Notes under the pieces: model-generated
Databases searched by the model: none
Seen by the model: the letters and a program-made list of their open reading frames with translations, nothing else
Told to the model about the DNA's origin: nothing
Source: a virus
IMG/VR virus record: IMGVR_UViG_3300032046_000005
Coordinates: 51,633-115,632 of that record
DNA length: 64,000 bases
Strand: one strand, 5' to 3'
Shown here: one piece after another, positions 9,382 to 20,379 of the stretch
How positions within the stretch are numbered: position 1 is the first letter of the stretch
Layout: each line of letters opens with the position of its first letter
Translations under genes and position numbers: made by a program

Positions 9382-10218
9382 TTAGATTGTTTCATTATTT
9401 TTTTCAATTTCTTTCAATCGATTGCATAATGGTTGATTTTTGTTCAATACAGACGAATATACTTGCCAATTTCGTTCAGAAGGATTGATTGGAATCATTA
9501 TAGGACGACCAAACGAGGGAAAATTCAAGAAATCTAACATTTCGTTGAAAGTTGATATTGTATAATTGTTCAAGTCTTCTAATCTGAATTTCTTGCATCT
9601 TGGATCGTTAATTTCTTTACCATATACAAGTTGATAATGTTCTTCAGTTTTTCTCATTGCAGTTTCTCTTTGTTCTCCAGTCCATTCTACATTAAAGTAT
9701 AATTCATGTGCTTTTATCATTGTATCGTGATCTCTTTGAACGATTACAACTCTATCGTATTGATTTTCATCTGGATCTTTTTTGTTTAAAAGTGCTTGAG
9801 GATCAACGTTATATACATTATTCCATTTTTTAGGCAATGGCAATCGGTTTCTTGTAGCGATCAAAGCAGAAATTTCGGTATTTTTTTTGGTTACGAATTC
9901 GATTGGAATGCCAAACATTGATTCATGAATATTGCTCAAAATTTTAATGATCCAACTGATTCCACACCTTTCTTGACTTACAAAAATTGTGTTGAGTTCA
10001 TAAGGAAGCTTATTATTTAACTTTGGAAGATATGGTTTAATGTAATCTCTTCTCAAGTATAAATAATTCTCTTTTGAAATCCAATTATGCAATCTACATT
10101 CTAAATTAACACATTCTACATCAAAAAACAATTCTCCATTGCTATCAATTGCTTGTTTCAATAATAGAGGGTTTAATATTTCTCCACAATTTTTACATTT
10201 CATGATATAACACTTCAT
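9382..10218 (-). CDS. sulfotransferase-like P-loop protein with N-terminal Zn ribbon
   Basis: IFVSQERCGISW (PAPS-loop-like), IVQRD, LEDL...LDFL. Confidence 0.55.
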   Translation of the reverse strand: MKCYIMKCKNCGEILNPLLLKQAIDSNGELFFDVECVNLECRLHNWISKENYLYLRRDYIKPYLPKLNNKLPYELNTIFVSQERCGISWIIKILSNIHESMFGIPIEFVTKKNTEISALIATRNRLPLPKKWNNVYNVDPQALLNKKDPDENQYDRVVIVQRDHDTMIKAHELYFNVEWTGEQRETAMRKTEEHYQLVYGKEINDPRCKKFRLEDLNNYTISTFNEMLDFLNFPSFGRPIMIPINPSERNWQVYSSVLNKNQPLCNRLKEIEKNNETI

Positions 10219-10951
10219 AATCTCTTTTCATTTGTTCTGCAGTCAAGTTTCTCCATGTAATTTTATTCTTATTTTCGTTTTGTTTCATTAGTAAATCACG
10301 ATCAAAAACTTTTGATCCGGCATAATGAATTATATGCGAATCAAATCGATTAGGAGAAAAATATGTTATATGATTAAATTTATAACTTAGATTATAAATC
10401 TCAAACCTTAGTTTTCTAATCATATAATTTAAATAATCTTGTTCTGGAGTAACAATACCATTTATTTTTTGTACATTATTTATTTCTTCTATTGTTGTAT
10501 TAAAGATTTCTTTATGTTGTCTAGAAGCAACTATAACTCCTGCGTTCATATAACCTGATTTCCAATTTAAATCACCCAAATGTTTTTGTATGTTTATAAT
10601 TCGTTCATTTCTGTTTGATTCTGGTATTCCTTCATCTTCAAAAATGCCACCAATTTTATTTTCTGGAACAATTTCAAATATATTTGGACAATTAGGAGTA
10701 ATAATAACATCATAATCCAATCTAAGTATCCTATCGTATTTATCAAAAAGTTCATATATTTGATTCTTTTCAAACAAATTAATATTAGAATAAGTATCAA
10801 ATGGTTCTATGTTATATTTCATTTGTGTTATAATTTCTAAATGCAAGTTATATTTTTCACAATACTTTAAAACTGATGGTTTACAAACTTCCCACTCTTT
10901 ACTTTCTCCAATTACTATTGGAACAACAACATTAACAGGCTTATTTCTCAT
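10193..10951 (-). CDS. glycosyltransferase family 8-like
   Basis: YDRILRLDYD (DxD), YMNAGV, EQDYLN, IIHYAG. Confidence 0.8.
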   Translation of the reverse strand: MRNKPVNVVVPIVIGESKEWEVCKPSVLKYCEKYNLHLEIITQMKYNIEPFDTYSNINLFEKNQIYELFDKYDRILRLDYDVIITPNCPNIFEIVPENKIGGIFEDEGIPESNRNERIINIQKHLGDLNWKSGYMNAGVIVASRQHKEIFNTTIEEINNVQKINGIVTPEQDYLNYMIRKLRFEIYNLSYKFNHITYFSPNRFDSHIIHYAGSKVFDRDLLMKQNENKNKITWRNLTAEQMKRDYEVLYHEM

Positions 10952-11103
10952 GTTTTATCATCATTCAAATAAAATTTCCCATCTTTTTCTTTCCAACAAA
11001 AATGTTCTGGAGGATATTCTTTATTGATTGCCCGATATAAATCTTCTTTATTCCTTATTATTTTTTCTAGTTCTTTCAATAACTTTCCTTTTTCATTTTT
11101 CAT
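10948..11103 (-). CDS. small hypothetical protein (MKNEKGKLLKELEK...)
   Basis: Manual translation, 51 aa; fills the gap and overlaps both neighbours as in coupled genes. Confidence 0.45.
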   Translation of the reverse strand: MKNEKGKLLKELEKIIRNKEDLYRAINKEYPPEHFCWKEKDGKFYLNDDKT

Positions 11104-11807
11104 TATTTACTACTCCTCGCTGAAAAGTTTGTAAAATCAATCATGTTTGAACCTTTTTCAACAACTAAAAAATATTCGTAAAATCTAAAAGGTAATTTAT
11201 TTGTAAAATTTTTATTTGAAAAATCTCCTCGCTTTAAGAAATAATATTCTGACAACATTTTATGATTTTTTTCGTTTAATTGAGTTTGTAATTCAATTAC
11301 ATCAGTAAATGAATTAGGATGTCCTTTTTTTTTAGCTAATATTTCAGCATTACGAGCTAATTTATCATTTCCGAAATAATTTATATTTTTTCCGGTAATT
11401 AATAATTTCCCACCTATTTTCAAAACTCTTAACATTTCAGAAAGCGATTTTTCTTGTTCTAAAGCGTCAAATGTTGCCATGCATATTACACGATCAAAAA
11501 AATCACTATGAAATGGAAGTCTTTCTGCTTCAGTCTTTATTATTTCAACGGTATTATCATTTGAATGTTTTTTTGCTTCATTTATCATTTTTTCTGAAAT
11601 ATCGATTGCATATACTTTTACATCAAGTTTTGAATAATATTGAAACAATCTTCCAAAACCACATCCGACTTCCAAAACTTTACCTTGTATGTTTGTTTGG
11701 CTAATCATCCATTCAATAACATCATCATTAGGAACTTCTTTTATATTTTTTACTTTTTCTTTCCAATAATCGTAATAATTGTTCCAATATTCTTCTTTAC
11801 TATTCAT
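11103..11807 (-). CDS. class I SAM-dependent methyltransferase
   Basis: VLEVGCGFG, AIDISEKM, AERLPF..FFD, RVLKIGG. Confidence 0.9.
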   Translation of the reverse strand: MNSKEEYWNNYYDYWKEKVKNIKEVPNDDVIEWMISQTNIQGKVLEVGCGFGRLFQYYSKLDVKVYAIDISEKMINEAKKHSNDNTVEIIKTEAERLPFHSDFFDRVICMATFDALEQEKSLSEMLRVLKIGGKLLITGKNINYFGNDKLARNAEILAKKKGHPNSFTDVIELQTQLNEKNHKMLSEYYFLKRGDFSNKNFTNKLPFRFYEYFLVVEKGSNMIDFTNFSARSSK

Positions 11808-13113
11808 GTAAAACCCTTCTTTTTATTGTATTAGAATCAACATCTAAAACAACGATTTCAGTCATACCATTATCTGTATTAGAAGCAATTCCTATTTTAT
11901 CTATTGCTTTTTTAGGAAGCGTATAAAAATCAAAAGTGAAAGTCCACCAATTATCACTACGATAATCCAAATTTTGCCAAATGTATTCACCAGATTTAGT
12001 TTTGATTGCAAGAAAAGGTTGAGTTCCAAATATGTTATTTTCTGATATTACATTTAATCTTGAAGAATCAAAAGTAAGACTGAATTTGGGAGGGTTTAAA
12101 TTGGTCGTGTTTGTGACATTTCTTATTCCTTCATTGGCATTACAATATCTAAATTTAACATCTGGATATTCTCCTGATACAATTCGTATCATATTTTGTG
12201 TTCTATTAATTTCCTTTTTCATATTTCTATAATCGTGATCAGCAAACGAAATCAAGGTTGGTAAACCTTCTGAAGCTCGTTTGAATCCATCTCTAAAATC
12301 ATTAATTGAAATTTCTTTTACTCTCGCTTCCATATTCAAACATCTTGCAATCAAACGATGACAATTTCCTTTTTCTTGATAATCTCTATAATCTGGATGA
12401 TACGGCATCCATTCTAAAGGAGCATGTCGCCAATCTCCAAAACGTCCATCAGATAAATCAAATTGTTCTGATGTATTTATTTTCATTGAACTGTTTCCAT
12501 AAACAAAAGGAATCCATTGTTCAAAAAAATAAGATAAGTCTGGTCTTTCTATACCAGAACGAACTGCAGAAGGAAACCACAAACGATCTATTATCTTTCT
12601 TGCCAATGTTTCATATATTATGGGAGAATAAGTATTTCCTGTTAAGTGAGCATCTTTCTTTATTGAAATGGGATGAAAATGAAACTGAATTTCGTCTTCT
12701 TTATATTTAAGGTAATGATCGAAAATGTTATGAAATCCCATATCTCGTCTTCGTGGATTTTCTCCCATAAAACCGACCCAATCGATACAAAACCAAGTAT
12801 ATTTCCATCCATTTTCAAACGAATCTGGAAAATTATGTCTAAAATCTTTTGATGTAATTTCATTTAACATCACATCTATTTTATCCCAAGTATCGTTATA
12901 ATCTAAGAGTTCTAGAGAAACCATTTCGGCAATTGCCTTATCTTTTCCCTGTCTTAACATTTCTAAGTTTTGGAGAGTAGGTTCATACTTTACTCCAAAA
13001 ATATCATAAATTCGTTCAAATGTAGCTTCTGAAGATTCATATAATGGTCCTTCTGTATCTACACAATGAACAATATTTACTATTTTTTCATTCTGGATAT
13101 TCGGAACGAACAC
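11800..13113 (-). CDS. polysaccharide deacetylase-like (NodB fold) protein
   Basis: VHCVDTEG and QFHFH metal-binding motifs; glycan locus context. Confidence 0.5.
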   Translation of the reverse strand: MFVPNIQNEKIVNIVHCVDTEGPLYESSEATFERIYDIFGVKYEPTLQNLEMLRQGKDKAIAEMVSLELLDYNDTWDKIDVMLNEITSKDFRHNFPDSFENGWKYTWFCIDWVGFMGENPRRRDMGFHNIFDHYLKYKEDEIQFHFHPISIKKDAHLTGNTYSPIIYETLARKIIDRLWFPSAVRSGIERPDLSYFFEQWIPFVYGNSSMKINTSEQFDLSDGRFGDWRHAPLEWMPYHPDYRDYQEKGNCHRLIARCLNMEARVKEISINDFRDGFKRASEGLPTLISFADHDYRNMKKEINRTQNMIRIVSGEYPDVKFRYCNANEGIRNVTNTTNLNPPKFSLTFDSSRLNVISENNIFGTQPFLAIKTKSGEYIWQNLDYRSDNWWTFTFDFYTLPKKAIDKIGIASNTDNGMTEIVVLDVDSNTIKRRVLHE

Positions 13114-13985
13114 GATTTACACACATCAATTAAATGAGATTTTTTTTCATCCATCAGTTTTCGAATTTGAGCAAATTCTTTTCCTAACCAAACATCTTCA
13201 ATTGTATCTGTATTGATATCTCCTAAGATTTTGTTATCTCCACGCGTTCCACAACATAATACCATTTTTCCATCTGCTCTTATTGTCATTCGTTGATATA
13301 TGCTTTCACAAAAGAAATCAGAAGGGTTTTCCATATTGCGAAGATTAATATAATCTTCACAATATGGACTTATTCTAATAACATCAGCATAATGCTTCCA
13401 AAACTCTTCATATTCTCCTGATTCTATTTCTTCTTTATTCAATGCCATGAGAATTGCTTGAATTTGTATTCGGGGTTTTTTTGATTGGTATTCTTTTCGT
13501 AATCTGTTTAGTCCATTTAAACCATTAATTACTTTGTTTAAATCTCCATTTACTCGTAATTTTTTATATGTTTCTTGGATAAGCGAATCAATTGAAAAAA
13601 TAATGAGGTCTAAACCACTTTTTATTAATTTAGAAGATATTATATCAGTTAATAAAGTTCCATTTGTTGCTAACATTACATCGACAATTCCTTTATCTTT
13701 TGCATATTTAATTGCTTTTCCTAAGTTTTTATATAATAAAGGTTCTCCAAGATAGCACAATTTAACAGAAGAACCGCCTTTTTCAGCAAATTCGTCTATT
13801 ATTTTTTCATACATTTCAAATGGCATATCAAGTAATTCTGGAGGATGTGATGTGTGTTCGCAAAATGCACATGAAAGATTGCATCGTGTTGTGATTTCAA
13901 TATCTGTGTGGATTGGAGTTTTATCTACAATTCGTAGTTTAGGATAATTTTCCCATTTCCAACGATAAGTTTCATAATCAGTCAT
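13080..13985 (-). CDS. radical SAM/SPASM domain protein
   Basis: CNLSCAFC, GEPLL, TNGTLL; C-terminal C..DG.MVLCC..G..W..C..C. Confidence 0.9.
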   Translation of the reverse strand: MTDYETYRWKWENYPKLRIVDKTPIHTDIEITTRCNLSCAFCEHTSHPPELLDMPFEMYEKIIDEFAEKGGSSVKLCYLGEPLLYKNLGKAIKYAKDKGIVDVMLATNGTLLTDIISSKLIKSGLDLIIFSIDSLIQETYKKLRVNGDLNKVINGLNGLNRLRKEYQSKKPRIQIQAILMALNKEEIESGEYEEFWKHYADVIRISPYCEDYINLRNMENPSDFFCESIYQRMTIRADGKMVLCCGTRGDNKILGDINTDTIEDVWLGKEFAQIRKLMDEKKSHLIDVCKSCSFRISRMKK

Positions 13986-13986
13986 T

Positions 13987-14880
13987 TTATAACAATCCTA
14001 ATATTTTCAAAGCATCTGGCATTAGTTCTCTATAAATTCTAAAAGATCTACAATGTTGTAATTTATATTCTTCTGGAGTTAACACATAAGGGTTTGGAAG
14101 AGTGGGATCGTGCGTAAATTGAGTATATTCCATTTTTTTGTTCGGATCTCCTTTTTCTTCCATTTTTAAGAAATCTCCTTTTGCATATTCACCAGTAGGA
14201 TCTTGATTTTGAATGTCAATACTCATGGGATCTAAACCCCAATCTTTTGCTATTTGACACGACATTACGTTCCAATTCCTTAATGGAGTATTGAAAGGAA
14301 CTAAGCAAGATCGTATTGGATTGTCTTTCAAATATTGCAATATTTGGTTTTTATCCATTTCGTTCAAATGAGTTTCGACATGATTAATTACATCTGGATA
14401 TGTGTGTTTTGGATATTCTAAGAAGTCTAGTAAATCGCTAAATGTTGGTTCTGTATAGTTGTTTAAATTACCTAAATCAACTAAATACATTCGAGGATCT
14501 TTAAATTCGTGATTATAACACAAATCATAGTAAAATTCGCATTCTTTCAAGAAATCAGGACATTTTTTCAATGTTTCATCATAAGTTAATTCAGGACATC
14601 TATATATTTGCATTGCTTTCATATAACTCTCTTTATCTCGTTTTATAATGATGATTTTATCGTATGGTCTATTCAAGAGTTTCAAGGGATTTATCAGCAA
14701 AACTTCGTTAAATCCTTTTGGAAAATAATATTTATCAATAGTTGCTAAAATTCTACTAATTCCAAAGTTCCAATTCATTATTTCTCCATACATTTTTTTA
14801 TGAATTTCTGATATGATGCCACATACCCATGATGCTCCACATCTTTCTACACTTACTATAATTATGTTTTTTTTAATCAT
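13987..14880 (-). CDS. sulfotransferase-like protein (paralog 2)
   Basis: IVSVERCGASW, IIIKRD, LNNYT..TFSDLLDFL. Confidence 0.55.
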   Translation of the reverse strand: MIKKNIIIVSVERCGASWVCGIISEIHKKMYGEIMNWNFGISRILATIDKYYFPKGFNEVLLINPLKLLNRPYDKIIIIKRDKESYMKAMQIYRCPELTYDETLKKCPDFLKECEFYYDLCYNHEFKDPRMYLVDLGNLNNYTEPTFSDLLDFLEYPKHTYPDVINHVETHLNEMDKNQILQYLKDNPIRSCLVPFNTPLRNWNVMSCQIAKDWGLDPMSIDIQNQDPTGEYAKGDFLKMEEKGDPNKKMEYTQFTHDPTLPNPYVLTPEEYKLQHCRSFRIYRELMPDALKILGLL

Positions 14881-17800
14881 TTTCTAACTTTACCTATTTT
14901 ATATTGATTCCATTTTTCTATTATTAATTCTCCCCAATTAGGATTATGTTGCCAGGTAAAAGCTAAAATCTGTGATAGAACCTGTCCCCATTTGGTTAAA
15001 CATACTTCTATTGGAGCCCAACACACTTCTTTTGTTATTTCATCAGGTTGAGTATATTTTACTAGTCCATGCCATTGCATGAACATTGTATCTTTTTCAT
15101 TAAATGTTTGTTTTGTTTCAAGTATTTGATGAACATGCCATGCCCATACTTTTTTGTACTTAAAACCATTTTGTTTACATCTTGATTGAAAAATCAAATC
15201 TTCATTTCTATAAATAAAATCGTCTTCAATTTCATCAATCAAATCTTTTATTGATTCCTTCTGTATCAATTGAAATCCAGAATATGATCTTTTTGTATAA
15301 TGCGTTTTACCTCGTTTGTATGTTTTTCCATCAAAAAATATTCTTTCAGATTCAATAATTCCAATATCTGGTTTTGCATGTTTTTGCATTACTCTAAAAC
15401 TTCCTTTAGTAAGTCTTACATCTGAATGAACGAAGACAAACCAATTTTGGACGAGTTTCATTAATTCAACAAGACACATTCCAAGTGTTTTGTATTTTCT
15501 TTGATCTATTACTTGTATTTCGATATTAGGTGGAATAATGGGTCGTATTTTATATTTGATAACTTCTTCAAAATCAAAATCTTTAATTGATCTATTTATT
15601 CCAAATATGATGCGTTTGACTGGAATTTCTTTTATCCATGATTTCACATTATCAACAAAAAAATCGGTATTAATCCAATAAACAGGACAAATCACATCAA
15701 ATTTTTCTTTGTCTAATATTTTTAATGTGTCAATAGTAGTCAAAAACGGATTCATTGTGAATGTTTCTCCTTTTTGCATTTCTTTTTCCATTGGAGTTGT
15801 TTCATAACCTTCAGTTTCTTCAGTAGTAATGTAATCTATCGCAGGAGTTATTGTTTTTTTATTTGTTTTGAATTCTAGTTTTGTATTACTATATTTTGAA
15901 TGAAGTTTTTGTAATCTTTCGTTGATTAAATCTCCAGCATTAAAATCTGCTGAAAATGCTTCCCACACTCGTTCTGGTGTATTTACAGGAATGATGATTG
16001 GTCTTCCTTCTTTTGGAAAATCTAAAAAATTAAATATTTCAGTAAATGTAGCTACTGTATAATTGTTTAAATCTTCTATATATATTCGCAATACTTTTGG
16101 AGAATCAATTTCATCATATGTTTGATTGTAATATTCTGCTATTCTATCAAACCATACTTTATATTCCGGATTATCTTTATCTGTTTTATAGTCAAGATTA
16201 GGTTTATATTCATTATAATAGTAGAACAACATTGATTCTTTCCAAGATTCGAATTTTCTTTGCAATAAAATGATTCGATCATGTGGTTTTTTTACTATAT
16301 CTTTAATTGGAACATAATTTACAGCATTCCAACCTTTAGGAGAAGGATAATCAGGATGAGCAACTTCTAATCTACTTATCCTCGTGTTCCATACTTTTCT
16401 TTTTTTATACATTTTTTCATATATTAATGAAACATATCGGCAAAACCAAGAAAGTCCACATCGTTCAGTTGTAGAAATTAATATGTTCAAATCTCCAGGA
16501 TCATTTTTATATTCAATTGTTCTGTTTTTAAGGATGTTTGGAGTTAATTTAAAGAATAGTTTTGTAATATATTTTGCATTTTCGATATATGTATTATCTT
16601 TTAATATTTTTTTATATGCATTTTCTACAATTTCTTGTTTGTTTTGAGTTTGATCATATACTTCTTTGATTTCATTTAATGCTTTTATAGCAATATAATG
16701 TTTTCCAGCAATAAAACCAGCATTTTCTAGTATTTGTTTATGCGTTTCATTTTCTAATTTAATAATACACAATGTCTTACATGCCATAGTTTCATATATT
16801 TTATGTGAAAGGTATTGTTGAGTAGCTATATTAACAAACAATGCTTCACATTTTGGTAGTATTTCTCTATATTCAATGTTAGAAATCGGAGTATCAAAAC
16901 ATCGAAATCCTAATTTTTTAAATTCTTCCCATTCGTTATATAAGATGTGAGCAATGGGAACCATCGTGATTTCATTTGCTTTTTCTATATATTCTATGGT
17001 TTCTCGAAATCCAATTCCGGTTATTCTATCGTATTTCTTTTCTTCTGGATGGTATATTTCAGTGTCAATGGCAAGAGGTATGATTTCATGATATGGAACA
17101 TTATACATCCAAAAAGGAGCAAAAATTTTTTCGAAATAATTCATTACAACTCCATGCCAAAGAAATATCACATCAGGATAATCAACTTCTGGAGGTCTTT
17201 TGTATTCCCTATGATGATAAAAAACAGGAATGCTTACATCATTTTTCCACAAAAAATTACATTCATCAATTAGAATGAGATCTGGATAAAAAGAATATTT
17301 TTGTAATATGATTGATAATGGATAATGTTTTTGTTGCATCCAATGTCTATCAAAATATTCGTCATACAAATCGTGAGGAGAAATATATTTTACTTCTTTT
17401 CCTAATTTTTCAAAAGCAATTTTAATACCTTCAGAAAAATGACACGATTCAGCAATAGAGGGACCTATTATAAGTATTTTGTTTAATACTATAACTTTTG
17501 ATATTTTTTCAATTTTTTGTTTTATTTCTTTTTGTTTAATTTCTTCTTTTTTTTGTTTTATTTCTTCTAATGTAGATTTTGATTTTTCTTCAATTTTTTG
17601 CTTTTCTTCTGTTATGTGTTTTATTTCAATTTTTTTTTCAAAGACTTTCAAATCTTCTTTAATTTTAGGAATTGATGTATAAGTATTACTTATTAACCAT
17701 TTCAATCTGTCACGCAAATTATTATCAAGATTATATTTTATAAAAATACCCATGCAATATAATAGATTTTGTTCTATAACTTCATTTGTCCAATTAATTT

Positions 17801-17972
17801 TTTGAAATTCTGGATCATCAAATCCACTTGGATCTATGTTATCTGCTATATTTTCTAATTCTTTTTTATGATTATCATTATCAAGTTTAAACCTACTAAT
17901 ATGACGCAATATAGAACCTATTTCTTTCTTAGCTTTGTTTTTTAAAATCTTTCTTTCTTCTAATGTTGCCAT
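14877..17972 (-). CDS. fusion of GT-B (CgeB/GT4-like) glycosyltransferase, sulfotransferase-like domain and GT2 glycosyltransferase
   Basis: IPLAIDTEIYHP and KIYETMACKT (CgeB-type); TTERCGLSW; DVICPVY...FVFVHSDV...RNED (GT2). Confidence 0.7.
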   Translation of the reverse strand: MATLEERKILKNKAKKEIGSILRHISRFKLDNDNHKKELENIADNIDPSGFDDPEFQKINWTNEVIEQNLLYCMGIFIKYNLDNNLRDRLKWLISNTYTSIPKIKEDLKVFEKKIEIKHITEEKQKIEEKSKSTLEEIKQKKEEIKQKEIKQKIEKISKVIVLNKILIIGPSIAESCHFSEGIKIAFEKLGKEVKYISPHDLYDEYFDRHWMQQKHYPLSIILQKYSFYPDLILIDECNFLWKNDVSIPVFYHHREYKRPPEVDYPDVIFLWHGVVMNYFEKIFAPFWMYNVPYHEIIPLAIDTEIYHPEEKKYDRITGIGFRETIEYIEKANEITMVPIAHILYNEWEEFKKLGFRCFDTPISNIEYREILPKCEALFVNIATQQYLSHKIYETMACKTLCIIKLENETHKQILENAGFIAGKHYIAIKALNEIKEVYDQTQNKQEIVENAYKKILKDNTYIENAKYITKLFFKLTPNILKNRTIEYKNDPGDLNILISTTERCGLSWFCRYVSLIYEKMYKKRKVWNTRISRLEVAHPDYPSPKGWNAVNYVPIKDIVKKPHDRIILLQRKFESWKESMLFYYYNEYKPNLDYKTDKDNPEYKVWFDRIAEYYNQTYDEIDSPKVLRIYIEDLNNYTVATFTEIFNFLDFPKEGRPIIIPVNTPERVWEAFSADFNAGDLINERLQKLHSKYSNTKLEFKTNKKTITPAIDYITTEETEGYETTPMEKEMQKGETFTMNPFLTTIDTLKILDKEKFDVICPVYWINTDFFVDNVKSWIKEIPVKRIIFGINRSIKDFDFEEVIKYKIRPIIPPNIEIQVIDQRKYKTLGMCLVELMKLVQNWFVFVHSDVRLTKGSFRVMQKHAKPDIGIIESERIFFDGKTYKRGKTHYTKRSYSGFQLIQKESIKDLIDEIEDDFIYRNEDLIFQSRCKQNGFKYKKVWAWHVHQILETKQTFNEKDTMFMQWHGLVKYTQPDEITKEVCWAPIEVCLTKWGQVLSQILAFTWQHNPNWGELIIEKWNQYKIGKVRK

Positions 17973-18545
17973 TTAGTCAAAATTCCTAATTTTTTCTCTC
18001 ATTCCTATTTTTTTGCAAGGAGAACCGACGTAAATCGTCCAAGGTTCTAAGTCTTTTAACGCCAATGAATTAGAACCGAGTATTGCTCCATCTCCAACCG
18101 TGATACAAGGATGAACGATTGAATTAGTTCCTATGACTACATCTTTACCAATATACATTCTTCCTCTTTTTATATTTTGTTGATTATTTGGAACAGATGC
18201 AGTCATGTGAAAGCCTCCTTGATGCAAGTTTGAACCTGTAACCAAACGAGAACCAGCGGCTAATGCGCTATAATCTCCCATTTCTAATTCCCCTCCTCCT
18301 ACTATGCTTACAAACGATGCAATATGAACATATTTTCCAATCTTGATTCCCATTCCTCCGTAAAGAAATGTAAAATCGTCAATCATGGAATAATCTCCGA
18401 TTTCTATGACTTCTGGATTTACAAACTTAGCCTGTGGAAAAATTTTTACATTCTTTCCAAAACTTTTGAAATCATTTGACATTAATTTACGATATCCGTT
18501 TTCTAATTTTATTTTTGTTAGGCAATCGATTATTTCATTTGGCAT
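17973..18545 (-). CDS. hexapeptide-repeat (left-handed beta-helix) sugar acyltransferase
   Basis: IEIGDYSMID, IKIGKYVHIA, YIGKDVVIG, TVGDGAILG...YVGSP. Confidence 0.9.
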   Translation of the reverse strand: MPNEIIDCLTKIKLENGYRKLMSNDFKSFGKNVKIFPQAKFVNPEVIEIGDYSMIDDFTFLYGGMGIKIGKYVHIASFVSIVGGGELEMGDYSALAAGSRLVTGSNLHQGGFHMTASVPNNQQNIKRGRMYIGKDVVIGTNSIVHPCITVGDGAILGSNSLALKDLEPWTIYVGSPCKKIGMREKIRNFD

Positions 18546-19348
18546 TTTTTCTCTCCTTTCATATCTCTTAATATTTTACTTTCTGATTTAGTTCTTATTG
18601 TTATATCATATTTTATGAGATTTTGTCTAATAGTTCCATAATTACAATTGTTTTCTTTAGCTATTTCTAATATACCTTTTTGTAATTTATTTAATTGCTT
18701 ATTTTTCATACATTTTTCTGAAGTCCAATATTCTATAATTAAATATATTCTACTAAAAAAACATCTAATTCTATGATTTGTTATTTCTTTAGAAATTTTT
18801 TTTCCTTTTTCCCATTGATGATAACATTTTAATGAACAAAAATGATGACAACTATTTTTATTATATTTACAACCTTTTTTTATTACTTCTTTTCCACAAT
18901 GATCACAATTATATTTATGTTCAATTCCTCCATCTTTCCAATTTGGATTATCTTTACCATTATATTTTCCTTTTCTCATTTCACTTATTTTTTTCTTTGT
19001 TTCAAATGTATGTTTTCCATTATTTCCTCCACATTTAAGATTATAACCATAAGAATGATCTAATGTATTATATTTTTGAATGTAAAAATCTTCTTTTCTA
19101 TTTAATTCATTTTGGCTAATTGCAGAATCAATAATTTTAAATTCAAAATTATTAATTTCATATTTTTTTAAACTATTACATAAATATGAATTAAAATTAT
19201 AATTGCGTAATAATTCATTTAATTTACAAGAACGACTTCTAAAACCTCGTTTATTTACTGTTTGACCAATATATCTTTTATTATTTATTTTGTTTCTAAT
19301 TTGATAAATATATCCATAAGGATTTAAAAAATCTTCTAATGTTATCAT
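18530..19348 (-). CDS. GIY-YIG homing endonuclease with NUMOD3 and HTH-like tail
   Basis: GYIYQIRNKINNKRYIGQT, E..YI...GYN, HTFETKKKISE; start set at the ATG overlapping the upstream TGA. Confidence 0.85.
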   Translation of the reverse strand: MITLEDFLNPYGYIYQIRNKINNKRYIGQTVNKRGFRSRSCKLNELLRNYNFNSYLCNSLKKYEINNFEFKIIDSAISQNELNRKEDFYIQKYNTLDHSYGYNLKCGGNNGKHTFETKKKISEMRKGKYNGKDNPNWKDGGIEHKYNCDHCGKEVIKKGCKYNKNSCHHFCSLKCYHQWEKGKKISKEITNHRIRCFFSRIYLIIEYWTSEKCMKNKQLNKLQKGILEIAKENNCNYGTIRQNLIKYDITIRTKSESKILRDMKGEKKCQMK

Positions 19349-20379
19349 TCGGCTTTCATTTTTAATTTCCAATATCCATCACCATTCTTTTCTAATATTT
19401 TACGATTTGCAAATTTATCTATTGTTTTTAGAAACAATTCTTTTGAAATATTCAAACCACTACAAAAATCTTCTTCCATCACTAGATCTTTCTGCCAGTC
19501 ATATTTATTAACTCTTTTGACGGCTTCTTTTCTACTCATTTCACCGTGTCTTACCATATTACTACAATGTTCTGTTGTGGCTCCAAATCCAAATTTGATG
19601 AATTTGCAAAATTCATTAATAAGATATCCGACAGTATCCACTTGGCAATATTCAAATCCTTGATATCCTTCACGATCCCATTCGTTTGTATCGTTTAATC
19701 CTTTGAAACCGTATTGTTTTGCAAATTCATATCTCTTTATTAGACTCTTCCAAGGAACATAATAACTTGTAAATATTACATCAAGATCTTTAAATTCATT
19801 AGAATCTTTAAGTAATATTTTAGCATTTGGAGTTTCTTTTTCATTCTTATTTCCAATAGTTATATTTGTGTTTTCTCCCCAAATAACTAATTTAATACCC
19901 ATTTTCTGTGCTATTTCTAATGGTTTTTTATAAAGAATTTCATCCCAATATTTTTCTGGATGTAAATAATTTAAAAAATCTTCTCTTGTTCTTTTTATAA
20001 TTTCTTTTCTATTTGGAGTAAAAGTAATGATATCAATTCCAAAACGTTCGCTTAAATTATCAAAATTTTTTCTTCCAGTATTGGTCCAACTAAAATTATC
20101 AATCATTATTCCTAATGGATTCATTAAAAGTTTTTCTTTAAATAAATAAACCAAATAATGAGAATCTTTTCCTGAACTAATACAAATAATGCAATCATAA
20201 TTTCCATCATTTCGTTTATATTTTTTACATAATTCTTCAAGTTCTTTCCATCTTTCATTCCAATCTATTTTTTTACTTTCTTCAAATTGAACACACGAAT
20301 TACATATTCCTTCTTTTGTAAACGAAAGATTCAATCTTTGATTAGTCATCACACATCTTTTACAACGCAAAAATTTCAT
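19345..20379 (-). CDS. N-acetyl sugar amidotransferase (WbuX/PseA-like, PP-loop)
   Basis: CKRCVM..R..C..C, YDCIICISSGKDS, IWGEN, KFGFG, VRHGEMSR. Confidence 0.85.
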   Translation of the reverse strand: MKFLRCKRCVMTNQRLNLSFTKEGICNSCVQFEESKKIDWNERWKELEELCKKYKRNDGNYDCIICISSGKDSHYLVYLFKEKLLMNPLGIMIDNFSWTNTGRKNFDNLSERFGIDIITFTPNRKEIIKRTREDFLNYLHPEKYWDEILYKKPLEIAQKMGIKLVIWGENTNITIGNKNEKETPNAKILLKDSNEFKDLDVIFTSYYVPWKSLIKRYEFAKQYGFKGLNDTNEWDREGYQGFEYCQVDTVGYLINEFCKFIKFGFGATTEHCSNMVRHGEMSRKEAVKRVNKYDWQKDLVMEEDFCSGLNISKELFLKTIDKFANRKILEKNGDGYWKLKMKAE

